Positions 18,933-29,764 are shown, counted from the first letter of the stretch. The stretch is DNA of 64,000 nt from an uncultured Acidobacteriota bacterium (GCA_963720925.1 CAVRHE010000011.1:98798-162797); one strand, 5' to 3'. Notes: generated by a model from the letters alone, not told the origin. Made by a program: numbers and translations.

Positions 18933-20129
18933 ATGAAAAGACGCCTAATGGCGTTGGTAGCCGTCATCGCCCTCGTCATCGCCGCTTGTGGTGGTGAAGA
19001 AGGAGGAGACACCACCGAAGCTGGTGCCGACACGACGGCAGCCGGAGCGACCACGACGGTGGCCGAGGCGACCACGACGGCAGCGGGTGCCAGCACCACT
19101 GCCGCTGCCGGAGGCGACGGCGATTGCCTCGTCGGCATGTCGTGGAACAACTACAACGAAGAGAGATGGGCCAAGCACGATGAGCCCGCAATCCAGGCAG
19201 CCCTAGAGGCCGGCGGATGCGCGTACACGTCGACAGATGCCGGTTCATCCGAGGAGCAGCAGATTGCCGACGTCGAGAACCTGATCAACCAGGGAGCTGA
19301 CGTCGTCATGATCCTGGCCCAGAACACGCAGGCGATCCTGCCCGCGGTTCAGGCCGCCACTGATCAGGGAATCCCGGTCATCGCCTATGACCGCCTCATC
19401 GAGGACGCGAACACCTTCTACGTCAGCTTCGACAACGTCCTGGTGGGTCAGCTGATGGCCGAGGTCGTCTTCGATCTGGTGCCGACGGGGAACTACTTCA
19501 TCATCAAGGGCAACGGTGCCGACGCCAACTCCGACTTCCTCCGTGAGGGGATCGGGTCTGTCATCGATGCCGCGGCCGAGGCCGGTGACATCACCATCCT
19601 CGAGGAGGACTACACCGACAACTGGGATCCGGCGCTCGCTCAGACCACGGTGGAACAGTGGCTGAGCGCGCACGACAACGACGTGCAGGCCATCGTCTCC
19701 GAGAACGACGGAATGGCCACCGGCGCAGCCGCCGCCCTCGATGCCCAGGGCCTCCTCGGCACGGTGGTGTTGTCGGGCCAGGACGCCGACGTCGCCGCCC
19801 TCCAGCGGGTGGCAGCCGGGACGCAGGCTGTGTCGGTGTGGAAGGACGCCCGTGCGCTGGGCACGGCTGCCGGTGAGGCTGCCGTGCAGTTGGCCGGCGG
19901 CGCCGCCCTCGCCGATGTCGAGGGAACGGCTGAGTTCATCTACACGAACAAGGAATCCGGTGCAGAGACGGTACTGACCAGCATCCTGCTGACACCGATC
20001 CCGATCACCCAGGAGAACCTCCAGGAGGTGGTCGATGCGGAGTGGATCACGGTCGAGGAGCTCTGCTCGGTACCGGGGGGACTGTCGGCTCCTGCGCCTC
20101 CTGACCAATCGCTGAGGCGAAATCGATGA
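18933..20129 (+). CDS. xylF: Sugar ABC transporter substrate-binding lipoprotein (xylose-binding XylF-like, periplasmic-binding-protein type I)
   Basis: RBS GGAGGAAGG precedes it. Signal with lipobox (LVAVIALVIAACGG) and a Thr/Ala-rich linker. PBP-I core (DCLVGMSWNNYNEERWAKHDEPAIQAALEAGG...GADVVMILAQN...GIPVIAYDRLIEDANTFYVSFDN). Confidence 0.85.
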   Translation: MKRRLMALVAVIALVIAACGGEEGGDTTEAGADTTAAGATTTVAEATTTAAGASTTAAAGGDGDCLVGMSWNNYNEERWAKHDEPAIQAALEAGGCAYTSTDAGSSEEQQIADVENLINQGADVVMILAQNTQAILPAVQAATDQGIPVIAYDRLIEDANTFYVSFDNVLVGQLMAEVVFDLVPTGNYFIIKGNGADANSDFLREGIGSVIDAAAEAGDITILEEDYTDNWDPALAQTTVEQWLSAHDNDVQAIVSENDGMATGAAAALDAQGLLGTVVLSGQDADVAALQRVAAGTQAVSVWKDARALGTAAGEAAVQLAGGAALADVEGTAEFIYTNKESGAETVLTSILLTPIPITQENLQEVVDAEWITVEELCSVPGGLSAPAPPDQSLRRNR

Positions 20130-20131
20130 TG

Positions 20132-20163
20132 TATTGCGCCCCCGGTTCATCGGGGGCGCAATA
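20132..20163 (+). terminator. Perfect 13-bp stem-loop (TATTGCGCCCCCG-gttcat-CGGGGGCGCAATA) 3 nt after the xylF stop. It is an intercistronic attenuator or mRNA-stabilising hairpin between the SBP and permease genes.
   Basis: Seen in sequence. It is followed by a pyrimidine-rich stretch (cgttcccgttctct). Hairpins of this kind are common in ABC operons, where they set the stoichiometry of SBP versus membrane components. Confidence 0.55.
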
Positions 20164-20191
20164 CGTTCCCGTTCTCTAATGTGGTGAGCTC

Positions 20192-21512
20192 ATGAGCGTG
20201 GTGGAGGCTCCGCCGACACAGTCGGACACTCTCGAACCGGGATCGCGCCGGTCGCTGGGATCGTATCTGCGGGACAACGAGATCGATACCCGAATGGTGG
20301 GCATGATCGCTGTCCTCCTGGCGATCTGGCTTGTCTTCCATTTCCTGTCCGGGGGAACGTTCATTACGCCCCGCAATCTGTGGAACCTCTCGGTGCAGAC
20401 CTCGACGATCGCGATCATGGCCACCGGGATGGTGCTCGTCATCGTTTCCCGCAACATCGATCTCTCGGTCGGCTCCATGGTGGGGACTGTGGGCATGGTG
20501 ATGGCCATGCTCCAGGTCGAATGGCTCCCACCACTGATGGGCTCGGGCAACTCTTGGATTTGGCTCGTCACGCTCGCCATCGGCGTGGTCTTGGGAGCTC
20601 TCATCGGCGCCTTCCAGGGATCGATAATCGCCTACGTCGGCGTCCCCTCATTCATCGTCACGCTGGGCGGACTGCTGGTGTGGCGGGGGTTTGCCTGGCT
20701 CACCGCCAGTGGCCGGACCATCGCCCCGATGGACGCCACGTTCCAGCTCCTCGGAGGTGGATCCAGCGGGTCGCTGGGGGAGACGGGTAGCTGGATCGTC
20801 GGCGGTGTCGCCTGTGTCGGGATCGTTGCTCTTCTCGTCATGGGTCGTCGTCGTCGTCGCAAGTTCGGCTTTCGGCTTCGCCCGACGTGGCTCGACGTCG
20901 TCCTCGGGGTCCTGGGCTGCGCCGTCGTCCTCGCCGCGGTCTGGGTGATGAACAGCTACTACCTGCCGGAGAACCTGGCCATCCAGTACGCCGAGGAGCA
21001 TGACATCCCGATTCCCGAAGGTGGCCTTCAAATCCCGCTCGGAATCCCTTATCCGGTGCTGATCTTGATCGGGGTCACCCTGGTCATGAGCTTTGTCACC
21101 AACCGGCTCCGCTTCGGTCGCTATGTCTTTTCCCTCGGGGGAAATCCAGAGGCAGCCAACCTGGCCGGGATCAAGACCAAGCGCACCCTCGTCAGAGTCT
21201 TCATGACCATGGGGATCTTGGTGGCGATATCGGGCGCGGTCTCAATCGCGCGTCTCAACGCTGCGGTGAGCGGTCTCGGCACGTTGAACGAGCTCTATGT
21301 CATCGCCGCTGCAGTCATTGGCGGCACATCCCTGTCGGGAGGGATCGGGACCATTCCCGGAGCCATCCTCGGCGCGCTCGGTCATGCAGTCGCTGCAATC
21401 CGGCATGGTCCTCATCGGGGTCGGCGCTCCGGTGCAGGACGTCGTGCTCGGAGTCACCTTGGTGGTCGCGGTCGCCATCGACACCATCTATCGGAGGAGG
21501 GCGGCCCGATGA
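20192..21512 (+). pseudogene. xylH: Sugar ABC transporter permease (XylH-like) with one frameshift near 21380.
   Basis: A body of about 10 TM helices is in one frame (…[35 protein letters not shown]…). The C-terminus ([43 protein letters not shown]) is in another frame and ends with an ATGA overlap onto the ATPase gene. Confidence 0.8.
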
Positions 21513-22306
21513 CGATGCCCTCCCAAAACGGCGGCACCCCCCTCGTCGAGATGAGGGACATGAGTGTCAGCTTCGGCGGCGTGCACGCGGTGAAGGACGT
21601 CACCATCGACCTCCACCAGGGGGAGATCCTCGGTTTGGTCGGTGGCAACGGCGCCGGCAAGTCGACCCTGATCAAGACCCTGGCCGGAGCCCAGAAGGCG
21701 GACTCTGGCGAGATTTTCATCGACGGCGAGCCGGTGAGCATCACCACACCTCGTGACGCCAAGTCATACGGGATCGAGACCATCTATCAGACCCTGGCAC
21801 TGGCCGACAACCAGGACGCCCCGAGCAACATGTTCCTCGGCCGGGAGCTGATGACCCGCTGGGGCACCCTCGACGACTCGGCGATGGAGGATGCCACCAG
21901 GAAGATCATGGCGAGGCTCAACCCGAGGTTCCAGAAGTTCAAGGAACCGGTGTCCACTCTGTCCGGTGGCCAGCGCCAATCGGTGGCCATCGCCCGGGCA
22001 GTCCACTTCAACGCCAGGATCCTGATCATGGACGAGCCCACCGCCGCCTTGGGCCCGGCCGAGACGGAACAGGTCCGTGAGTTGATGCGGCAGCTGCAAT
22101 CGGAGGGCCTCGGCATCATCATGATCAGCCACGATATCCATGACGTGTACGACCTCGCCGATCGGATCTCCGTCATGCTCCAGGGCAAGCTGGTGGGGAC
22201 GGTGAACAAGGACGACGTCACCATGGACGAGGTCCTGGCCATGATCATCATCGGCAAGAAGCCCGAAGAGGTCACCACCAAGGAGCTGGAACAGCTCCAC
22301 GGCTGA
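21509..22306 (+). CDS. Sugar ABC transporter ATP-binding protein with a single ABC domain, intact.
   Basis: Walker A ([10 protein letters not shown]), signature ([14 protein letters not shown]), Walker B (ILIMDEP), H-loop (MISHD). Confidence 0.85.
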   Translation: MTMPSQNGGTPLVEMRDMSVSFGGVHAVKDVTIDLHQGEILGLVGGNGAGKSTLIKTLAGAQKADSGEIFIDGEPVSITTPRDAKSYGIETIYQTLALADNQDAPSNMFLGRELMTRWGTLDDSAMEDATRKIMARLNPRFQKFKEPVSTLSGGQRQSVAIARAVHFNARILIMDEPTAALGPAETEQVRELMRQLQSEGLGIIMISHDIHDVYDLADRISVMLQGKLVGTVNKDDVTMDEVLAMIIIGKKPEEVTTKELEQLHG

Positions 22307-22468
22307 GCCCGGCCGACACCCGATCCCAACCCGTCGGGAGAAGACGCGGCCAAACCCTGTGAACCAGCTGGTGAACGTATAGCCGCATACGCTTGCAGGC
22401 CTACGGTCCCATGAGGCTATCTTCCAGGATTCCGGGGCAACATGATTGCTCGACGAGGAGGAAACGTC

Positions 22469-23592
22469 ATGCCAGCAGACACCGTGCAATTGCTCAGCCC
22501 TTCGCGAAGGAACTTCCTCAAGGCGCTCGGGATGACCGCGGCGATCGGGCTCATCAACGCCTGCACCAACGACGGGGCCACCGCCACCACGGCTGGGGGC
22601 TCCGGCGGGACGGGGAGCACCGCCGCCACCGGCGGCTCGGGTGCGGGGAATTTCCCCGAGACGCCCGAGTGGAATTTCGTCTTCGTCAACCATGTCACCA
22701 CCAACCCGTTCTTCGTGCCCACGGTGTACGGGATCGAGGACGCCGCGGCCATCCTCGGCATCCCTACTCCCCAATGGACCGGGTCGGAGGACGCCGACAA
22801 CGGCGGCGATGGTCAACGCCATGGAAGCCGCCATTGCCGGCCAAGCCGACGGCATCGGGGTCTGCCTGGTCGATCTCGAGGCATTCAACGGGCCCGACCG
22901 ACGAGGCCCTTGCCGCAGGAATCCCGGTCATCGCCTACAACGCCGACACCCCACCCGGCAACCCGAACAACCGACTCTGCTACGTCGGTCAGGATCTATA
23001 CGGGTCGGGCTTCGAGATGGGCAATCGCATCGTCGAGCTCGTCGGATCCGGGAAGGTGGCGCTGTTCATCGCCACCCCGGGGCAGCTCAACATCCAGCCC
23101 CGCATCGATGGCGCCATGGACGCCATCGCTGAGTCGGGGGCCGACATCGAGGCGATCGACATCGCCACCGGCGCCGCGCTGGAGGAAGAGTTGAGCACGG
23201 TCGAGGCGTGGTATCTGGGCAACCAGGACGCCACTGGCATGTTCGCCGTCGATGCCGGCAGCACCCAGGCCGTAGGCCAGGTGGTCCGGGACCAGAACGC
23301 CCGGGACAACGGCCTGGCGGGCGCCGGCGGGTACGACCTGTTGCCGGAGACGGTGGAACTGGTCTCAGAGGGAGTGCTCGACTTCACCATCGACCAGCAG
23401 CCTTATCTGCAGGGGTTCCTCCCCACTGTCTACCTCTATCTGTACAAGCTCTCGGGCGGGGTCGTCACACCTCCGGAGACCAACACCGGTCTGGTGTTCC
23501 TCGACTCGTCGTCCGCCCAGTTGTTCCTGGAGACGGCGAGCCGGTTCGAAGGCGATGCAGAAGAACAGGCGATAGTCGAGCCCGTAGGCTGA
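22469..23592 (+). pseudogene. Second sugar ABC substrate-binding protein (PBP type I) with a twin-arginine/lipoprotein signal. It has two frameshifts, near 22800 and near 22895.
   Basis: RBS GAGGAGG precedes it. Tat motif SRRNFLKALGMTAAIGLINAC. The core is split over three frames (NFVFVNHVTTNPFFVP... / AAMVNAMEAAIAGQADGIGVCLVDLEAFNGP / TDEALAAGIPVIAYNADTPPGNPNNRLCYVGQD...), which are collinear. Confidence 0.75.
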
Positions 23593-23601
23593 CACACATA
23601 G

Positions 23602-24612
23602 ATGACTGACACTGCTGTCGCACCGCCCCGGCCCCAGACCATCTGGGGCCGGGTCGGTGACTTTCTGGTGCGACGGCCGGAGTCGACCATCGCCTTGGTG
23701 GCGTTGGCGCTCGGGGCCTATTTCGCGGTGGTCAACCCGGCGTTCCTGACCACGGCCAACATCCGGGTCATCTCCCAGTACATGATCGCCACCGCGATCC
23801 TTGCCGCTGGCCAGGTCATGCTCCTGATCAGCGGGGAGATCGACCTGTCGATGGGCAATGTCTATTTCATGACCCCGTTCCTGGTCTTCTTCGCCAGCGA
23901 GGCCGGTCTCGTTCTTCCCCTCGCCATCCTGGTTGGCGTGCTTGGAGCCGGGGTGGTGGGCTATCTCAACGGGGCGATAAGCCTCGGGTTCGGCATCCCG
24001 TCCTTCATCGTCACCCTGGGCATGGGGTTCGTGATCAACGGATTCACTCTCAACATCTCGGATGGGTTTCCCAAGCGCGTCCCCTCCACCGGAGTCGGGG
24101 CCGCGATCTTTGGAGACGCCAACTTCTCCGGGTTGATGTGGGTGATCATCATCGTGATCGCGATGCATCTGATCCTCAACCACTCCCGATGGGGGATCTA
24201 TACGGTTGCAGTCGGTGGCAACCCGCTGGGAGCTGCCGAAGCCGGTGTCCCCAGCCGGAGCATCAAGATGCGCAACTTCATCCTCGCCGCAATGCTGGCC
24301 GGCTTCGCCGGGGTGATCGAAGGGATCCGCGTGGGCTCGTTCGACCCGGGCGCCGGCGTGGCCGGGACCAAGGTTTTCCTGTCGGTGGCAGCCGCGGTGA
24401 TCGGTGGCACCCTTCTCTCCGGAGGGTCGGGGACCATCATCGGCGCCTTCTTCGGTGCCCTCGTCCTGGCCATCCTGCAAGACGGGTTCAATCTGGAAGG
24501 AGTGAGTGCCTTCACCTTCACCATGGTCCTGGGTGGCGCGATCATCCTGGCCATGATCCTCAATTCGCTGGCGAACAAGGCCCGGGTCAGATCACAGAGC
24601 GCCCGATTATGA
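23602..24612 (+). CDS. Sugar ABC transporter permease (ribose/xylose-type, BPD_transp_2), intact.
   Basis: 336 aa, polytopic. Conserved motif GGNPLGAAEAGVPSRSIKMRNFILAAMLAGFAGVIEG. Confidence 0.85.
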   Translation: MTDTAVAPPRPQTIWGRVGDFLVRRPESTIALVALALGAYFAVVNPAFLTTANIRVISQYMIATAILAAGQVMLLISGEIDLSMGNVYFMTPFLVFFASEAGLVLPLAILVGVLGAGVVGYLNGAISLGFGIPSFIVTLGMGFVINGFTLNISDGFPKRVPSTGVGAAIFGDANFSGLMWVIIIVIAMHLILNHSRWGIYTVAVGGNPLGAAEAGVPSRSIKMRNFILAAMLAGFAGVIEGIRVGSFDPGAGVAGTKVFLSVAAAVIGGTLLSGGSGTIIGAFFGALVLAILQDGFNLEGVSAFTFTMVLGGAIILAMILNSLANKARVRSQSARL

Positions 24613-25400
24613 CCTCTGGATCAAACGGTGAAGCGATCAGGGCCGAGGGGATCGGGAAGACGTACGGGCCAGTCGTTGCACTGCGTGACATCAACATCCG
24701 ACCTGGCCAAAGGCGAAGTGCTCGGGCTGATCGGAGACAACGGTGCCGGGCAAGTCGACCCTGATCAAGATCCTCACCGGTTTCACCCAGCCCGATCAAG
24801 GGCAGATCTTCATCTATGGGGAGGAGATGAAGCTCCGTTCCGTTTCCCACGCACGGGAACTCGGGATCGAGACGGTCTACCAGGACCTTGCCTTGGTCAA
24901 CCAACTACCCGTGTACGCCAACATGAGCCTGAACAAGGAGGCGGTGCACCGCCCGATCCCCTTCCTCGACAAGAAAGAGATGCGGGAGCTGGCTCGGACC
25001 CATCTTGGCGGACATGGGGGTCCGCATCCCCTCGGTCGACACCGAGGTCGGCTTTCTCTCCGGGGGCCAGCGTCAAGCCGTGGCCATCGCCCGGGCCGTG
25101 TACTCCGATGCCAAGGTGATCCTGCTCGATGAGCCGCTGGCGGCGATGGGGGCCAAGGAGAGCGCCATCATCATCGACCTGATCAAGGGTCTGCGGGAGA
25201 AGGGCGAGGTCTCGATCATCCTCATCGCCCACAACTTCGCCCAGGTCGTTGAGATGTGCGACCGGGTCAATCTGGTTCAGCACGGCCGTATCACTTTCGA
25301 CACCCCCGTGAGCGAGACCTCGGTTCAAGGAGCTGACCGATCTGGTCTCTGCGGAGTATCGGACCCGGGGAATCGGCTGAGTTCTCAGCTGAGGGCGTGA
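24609..25400 (+). pseudogene. ABC transporter ATP-binding protein of the second sugar transporter, split over four frames (about three frameshifts).
   Basis: Segments MTSGSNGEAIRAEGIGKTYGPVVALRDINI / LAKGEVLGLIGDNGAG / KSTLIKILTGFTQPDQGQIFIYGEE... / LSGGQRQAVAIARAVYSDAKVILLDEPLAAMG...IILIAHNF together make one collinear ABC domain. Confidence 0.7.
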
Positions 25401-26872
25401 AACGAAGGGGAGAGGGCGGGGTAGAGGCGGTAAAGCGAGCGTGGGCTGCCGCGTAGGTCTTCCGATCCGATGACGGCGCGGCCACGGGGTCCACATCGAT
25501 GACTTCGCTCGCCGCCCGCTCCACTGATTCGAACCACCCGACTCCGACCGCCGCCAGGAGAGCGGCTCCATAGGCGGCCCCCTCCTCGGTGCCCACGACG
25601 GCGATCTCGGCGCCGAGCACGTCGGCCAGGATCTGCCGCCAAAGAGCACTGCGGACCCCACCCCCGGAAGCCCGGATCTGATGAGGTGCGGCCAATCCGG
25701 CAGAGACCATCAGATCGAAACCGTCCCGCAGCCCGAAGGCGACACCCTCCATCACGGCGCGGGTCAAGTGGCGCAGGTCGTGGCGCACTGTCAGCCCGAC
25801 GAAGGCCCCGCGGGCAAGCGGATCGGGGTGAGGGGTCCGCTCCCCGGTGAGATAGGGGAGAAAGAGGAGCCCGTCGCTCCCGGGAGGAACCTCGGATGCT
25901 CCCTTCACCAGGTCGTCGAACGAGAGATCGGGGGCGACTGCATCCCGTAGCCATCTGAGACTGCCTGCTGCCGACAGCATCACCCCCATCATGTGCCAGC
26001 GGTCGGGGACCGCATGGCAGAAGGAATGGACCCGGCCTTCTGGTTCCACCGCCACGCCGTTGGTGGTGGCGAACACGACCCCGGAGGTGCCGAGGGACAG
26101 AGCGACGACACCGGGTGCGATCGCCCCGACACCGACGGCATTGGCCGATTGGTCGCCTCCGCCCGCCACTATCGGCGTGCCGACCAGGAGACCGGTCGCG
26201 GCTGATCCGTCAGTGCTCACCTTTCCGATCACCTCGGGCCCTTCGTGAGTGGCGGGGAGCAGATCCGGGCTGATGCCGAGGGCATCCACAACCTCGGGAG
26301 ACCATGTCCTCATCTTCAGATCGAAGAGGATCGTTCCCGATCCGTCCGCCACATCGGTTGCGTAGTCCCCACTCAGGCGGAATCGCACGTAGTCCTTGGG
26401 GAGGAGCACCTGGCGTACTCGTGCCCAGTTGTCCGGCTCGTGGTCCTGCACCCACAGCAACTTCGGGGCCGTGAACCCGGTCAGGGCATCGTTCCCCGTG
26501 ATCTCGATCAGGTTCTGCTTCCCGACGCGGCGCCGGATCTCGTCGCATTGCGGCCCGGTCCTTTGATCGTTCCAGAGGATGGCGGGCCTGCACCACCGCG
26601 CCCTCCTCGTCGAGGAGCACCGAGCCGTGCATCTGCCCGGTCAGCCCTACCGCCTCGACGTCACCAGGCGACGTCTTGGTCGCCTCCATCACATCGCGAA
26701 TCGAGGCGATGGTGCCCTCCCACCACGACTCAGGTCTCTGCTCCGACCAGAGTGGTTGGGGGGTCTCATAGCCGTAGCCGGCGGCGGCCGTGCCTTTCAC
26801 GTCGCCGGACCCATCCACCAGGATCGCCTTGGTCGACGTAGTGGAGGTATCGATTCCGAGGACGAGGCTCAT
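25385..26872 (-). pseudogene. xylB: Xylulokinase (FGGY family) with about two frameshifts, near 26590 and near 25450.
   Basis: N-terminus MSLVLGIDTSTTSTKAILVD...GLTGQMHGSVLLDEEGAVV. Then PAILWNDQRTGPQCDEIRRRVGKQNLIEITGNDALTGFTAPKLLWVQDHEP... in another frame. C-terminal tail LYRLYPALSPSFHALS in a third frame. Confidence 0.8.
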
Positions 26873-26905
26873 GCTTCACCCCTCAGCATGATCCACGGCG
26901 ACGGA

Positions 26906-28244
26906 TCAACGCCCCGAGGACCAGATGACCCGGTTGACCCGGTTCTCGAGCAGTTCCTGGTTCCCGGAAACCGGCGTGGGATCGATCTCACCCGCCGCCA
27001 CCCGTTCCTCGAGGGTCTCGAGGGTCTCGTCGCCGGCGAGGATCGACGCTCCGAGATCGGCCGACCATCCCGCATATCGTTTCTCGAGAGGGCCGGACAG
27101 GGTCTCCGACTCGACCATGTCTGCCGCCACCAGCAGGGCTCGGGCCAGGGTGTCGATCCCACCGACATGGCCGTGGAAGAGATCGGTGCGATCCATCGAT
27201 TGGCGGCGCAACTTGGTGTCGAAGTTGAAACCGCCGGTGGTGAAGCCCCCACCTCGCAGGATCTCATACAGGGCGAGGGACAACTCGTCCACCGAGTTGG
27301 GGAACTGGTCGGTGTCCCATCCGTTCTGGTAGTCACCGCGATTGGCGTCGACGGATCCGAAGATCCCGTTGGCCACCGAGTAGGCCACCTCGTGATGGAA
27401 AGAATGCCCGGCCAGCGTGGCGTGGTTGCCCTCGATGTTGACCTTGTACTCGTCGACGAGGTCGAAGCGCTCGAGGAACCCGTGGACGGTCTGGCAGTCG
27501 TAGTCGTATTGGTGCTTGGTCGGTTCGGCTGGCTTGGGCTCGATGAGGAGAGTCCCGGTGAACCCGATCTTGTGTTTGTGCTCGGCCACCATGGTCAGGA
27601 ATCGGGCGAACTGCTCTCCCTCCCGCTTGAGGTCGGTGTTGAGCAGCGTCTCGTATCCCTCGCGGCCACCCCAGAGCACGTAGTTGGCGCCATCGAGCCG
27701 GTGGGTCGCCTCCAAGGCGTGCTTCACCTGGGCCGCGGCATAAGCGAAAACCCCGGGGTCCGGATTGGTGGATGCACCGGCGGCGTAACGCGGATGGGAG
27801 AACAGGTTGGCGGTGCCCCACAGGAGACGGACGCCAGTCTCGGCCATCTTCTTTTCGGCGTAGTCGACCATCGCCTCGAGGTTGGCTGCCGATCCGGCAA
27901 AGGTGCCGGCCTCTGGGAGCGATGTCCACGTCGTGGAAGCAGAAGAACGGCGTCCCTAGTTTGGTGAAGAACTCGAATGCCGCGTCCATCTTCTGACGCG
28001 CACTCGCCATCGGGTCTTCGCTCATCCCCAGCCAGGGCCGGTCGAAGGTGCCGGCGCCAAAGACGTCGCTGCCCGGCCAGTTGAACGAGTGCCAGTAGCA
28101 GACGGCGATCCTGAGATGGTCTTCCATCGTCTTCCCGAGCACCATCCGGTCAGGGTCGTAGACCCGAAACGCCAGGTCGTCACTCGAACCTGAGGCGGCG
28201 AATCCGATCGGCCCCGACACCTCGGCAAAGAACTCTTCCGGCAC
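26906..28244 (-). pseudogene. xylA: Xylose isomerase, class II (long, E. coli/Bacillus type), with one frameshift near 27905.
   Basis: GTG start after a GGAGG site. N-terminal part LAFRVYDPDRMVLGKTMEDHLRIAVCYWHSFNWPGSDVFGAGTFDRPW...[10 protein letters not shown]. After the shift it reads [43 protein letters not shown]...FHHEVA...WDTDQFP. It aligns end to end with E. coli XylA. Confidence 0.85.
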
Positions 28245-28522
28245 GTTCAACCTCCACTGATTCCCGACGCGAACCGGTGAAGGATATTTAGTCGAGAGGC
28301 CCGGGGCAAAGGGAGCTTCCAGACCCGAGATGATGCTGTTAGACACCACGCCGACGTGTCCCGACGCATTAACATCATGGTTCTTGCCGTGCTTCGTCGC
28401 CGTCGGCGTGTCCGGCATCTCCGAGACCGGCATGGGCCGCATCCGAAGACCTCGGGCCGTTCATCGACGACGACGGGCATCCTGGCGAGCCCTATCTCGA
28501 ATGGCTCGCCGGGCTGGGGGCG

Positions 28523-29734
28523 GTGCAGGGGTGCAACCCGCCGCGCAACGATCGCATCTGCCCGGATCGGGTGCTCAACCGGGTGGAGGCGGCGAAGATC
28601 TTGGTGAGAGTCGGGGTCCGCGTCGGGACCATTCCCCCGCCTGGATCCGCACCGGATCGGTTCGTCGACGACGAAGGGATATGGGGAGGTGCCGCCGAGA
28701 GACTGGCCAATCACCTCGCGGCACTCGGGATCGTCGACGGCTGTGACCCACCGACCAATCGCCATTTCTGTCCGTTCGCCCCGCTCAAACGAGGGCATGT
28801 CGCCAAGATCGTGGTGCGGACGCTCGATCTCGACGCCCCGCCCGGATACCGGTCGCCGTGGGACGACACCTCGAGCCGGTTCTACGACGGCGTTGCCCGG
28901 ATCGCCGCATACCGCGGCATGTGGGACGCCAGTGCAGGACGGTTCGCCGGGGAGACGCCGGTGACACGCGCCGAGTTCGCCTGGGTGTTGGCCGCCGCCC
29001 TCGACGTTCGTCACTGGCCCACCGATCCGTTTCGGGCGTCCCGTGTGGAGTCACTAGCCAGCCGGTTCCCGCAACAGTCCTTCACCGCCTACGTCTTCGA
29101 CACCCGCTCAGGTTGTGCCTTCTGGATGAGCCCTGCGCAACGGCTTCGCACGGCCTCGGTTTTCAAGGTCATGGTGATGGCCGGGACGTTGCTCGAGGCA
29201 CAAGTGAGAGAGCGTGCGCCGACCGCATGGGAAATGGGGCAGATGACACCCATGATCACCGAGTCCGCCGACGATCCGGTCCGCTCCCTGTGGCGGTCCT
29301 TTGGCGGATCACCCTGGTATCGGCGGCAGACGCGGATCTTCGGTCTCTCCGACACCGTGGCGGTGGGCGACAGGGAGAGCGGCTGGGGTCGCACCACGAC
29401 GTCCGCCAAGGATCAGGGAGACCTGATCAGACAGGTGTTGCTCGGCCACTGGGGCCCCCTCGACCTCACACATCGGGCGGTGGCATGGGAGTTGATGACC
29501 TCGGTGGTCCCGTCACAGACCTGGGGGATCACCAGCGGGGTCCCGAGTGGGTGGACGGTGGCCCAGAAGAACGGCTTCGCCGGAGGGGTTGCCAACTCCG
29601 TAGGGTTCGTCGAGGACCCCGATGGTGGGGGGTATGTGATCGTGGTGCTGTCCAATGGCTGGCCGACCTGGAGTCGGGGCGTGGCCGTCGTGGAGGAGAT
29701 CGCCGGCTGGGTGTCGTCGGTGCTGGCAGGCTGA
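28523..29734 (+). CDS. Secreted protein with SLH-like 'GCNPP' repeats at the N-terminus and a class-A beta-lactamase-like serine-hydrolase domain at the C-terminus. The N-terminus is probably incomplete.
   Basis: Repeats GCNPPRNDRICPDRVLNRVEAAKILVRV and FVDDEGIWGGAAERLANHLAALGIVDGCDPPTNRHFCPFAPLKRGHVAKIVVRTL follow the SLH pattern (F-x-D…W…I…L…GI…G…F-P…TR). The hydrolase part has S-x-x-K (SVFKV) and K-N-G in place of KTG (AQKNGFAGG). In-frame upstream sequence (DLGPFIDDDGHPGEPYLEWLAGLGAV) continues the repeat but has no start codon or signal peptide, which suggests a 5' frameshift. Confidence 0.6.
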   Translation: MQGCNPPRNDRICPDRVLNRVEAAKILVRVGVRVGTIPPPGSAPDRFVDDEGIWGGAAERLANHLAALGIVDGCDPPTNRHFCPFAPLKRGHVAKIVVRTLDLDAPPGYRSPWDDTSSRFYDGVARIAAYRGMWDASAGRFAGETPVTRAEFAWVLAAALDVRHWPTDPFRASRVESLASRFPQQSFTAYVFDTRSGCAFWMSPAQRLRTASVFKVMVMAGTLLEAQVRERAPTAWEMGQMTPMITESADDPVRSLWRSFGGSPWYRRQTRIFGLSDTVAVGDRESGWGRTTTSAKDQGDLIRQVLLGHWGPLDLTHRAVAWELMTSVVPSQTWGITSGVPSGWTVAQKNGFAGGVANSVGFVEDPDGGGYVIVVLSNGWPTWSRGVAVVEEIAGWVSSVLAG

Positions 29735-29764
29735 GCGGATTGGTCCCCCGGGCCTGAACGGCGC

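Noticed and set aside
22307-22468. Direct repeat GTGAAC-cagctg-GTGAAC upstream of the second SBP gene, as a possible operator
   Set aside because: A single occurrence that is not palindromic, with no second site seen. It is too weak to call.
23365-24480. 371-aa minus-strand ORF across the SBP/permease junction
   Set aside because: Antisense to an intact ABC permease. His/Asp/Gly-rich low-complexity translation.
26579-27967. 462-aa + strand ORF over xylB/xylA
   Set aside because: Antisense to two recognisable sugar-catabolic genes. No motifs.
27333-28442. 369-aa ORF suggesting a long XylA N-terminus
   Set aside because: The first roughly 65 residues precede a good GGAGG-GTG start that aligns with the E. 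coli XylA N-terminus. The residues after position about 180 are out-of-frame junk. It was trimmed to 26906-28244.
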